From positions 1 to 36,183 of the forward strand of contig LQHI01000062.1 of NCBI GenBank assembly GCA_001515185.1: 36,183 bases of DNA, written 5' to 3'. Made by a program: the position numbers and the translations under genes. Source of the stretch: Hadesarchaea archaeon DG-33. Lineage in GTDB: Archaea; Hadarchaeota; Hadarchaeia; Hadarchaeales; Hadarchaeaceae. Of the stretch, positions 36,147 to 36,183 are shown one piece after another; within the stretch, counting starts at the first letter, position 1, and each line of letters starts with the position of its first letter. A model generated the notes under the pieces. The model had not been told where the DNA came from, did not search any database, and saw only the letters and a program-made list of their open reading frames with translations.

Positions 36147-36183
36147 GCTGGGAACCTCGTATAGTGGGCTTCTTATGCAATTG
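36143..36183 (+). CDS. mvhD: Second MvhD, 5' fragment (runs off the window)
   Basis: TTG overlaps the hdrL stop; MSWEPRIVGFLCN matches the MvhD N-terminus. Confidence 0.85.
   Translation, partial: MSWEPRIVGFLCN

Noticed and set aside
27220..36183. Selenocysteine recoding in MvhD, MvhA or HdrA
   Set aside because: The ORFs are open without in-frame TGA, and the relevant motifs contain Cys (DPCIAC, DCSAC, GCHFGDC).
1..36183. CRISPR arrays, transposases, integrases, and the long antisense ORFs inside conserved genes
   Set aside because: No regularly spaced repeats or recombinase motifs were seen; the antisense ORFs are shadows of well-conserved genes.

Overview
Archaeal genomic segment from an anaerobe. 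The gene content (rpl21e, rpo4, rpl40e, eS26, GGGP synthase, PorCDAB, MvhADG/HdrA, SufCB) is euryarchaeal-like and may fit Hadarchaeota, but that placement is inference only. Most of the window is housekeeping and energy metabolism: a partial otsA divergent from mscS; srp54-rpl21e-rpo4-DUF655; trkH; hypF; a porCDAB operon with a LAGLIDADG intein in porB; a lysA-lysC-dapA-dapB-(pyruvyltransferase)-asd cluster; sufCB; a group 3c [NiFe]-hydrogenase; and two hdrA genes, one with a GltD/NfnB-like insert. The main finding is in the ORF-free gap at 24216-24430 on the minus strand. It reconstructs by hand to an initiator tRNA-Met(CAU) gene split into five exons by four introns (positions 10/11, 30/31, 37/38, 59/60), each with a strict or relaxed bulge-helix-bulge (BHB) splice motif. 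Its 5' leader duplicates exon 1 and pairs perfectly with the tRNA 3' end. A 122-nt structured ncRNA candidate with two potential pseudoknots lies upstream of asd. All calls come from reading the sequence and motifs; no searches were run.
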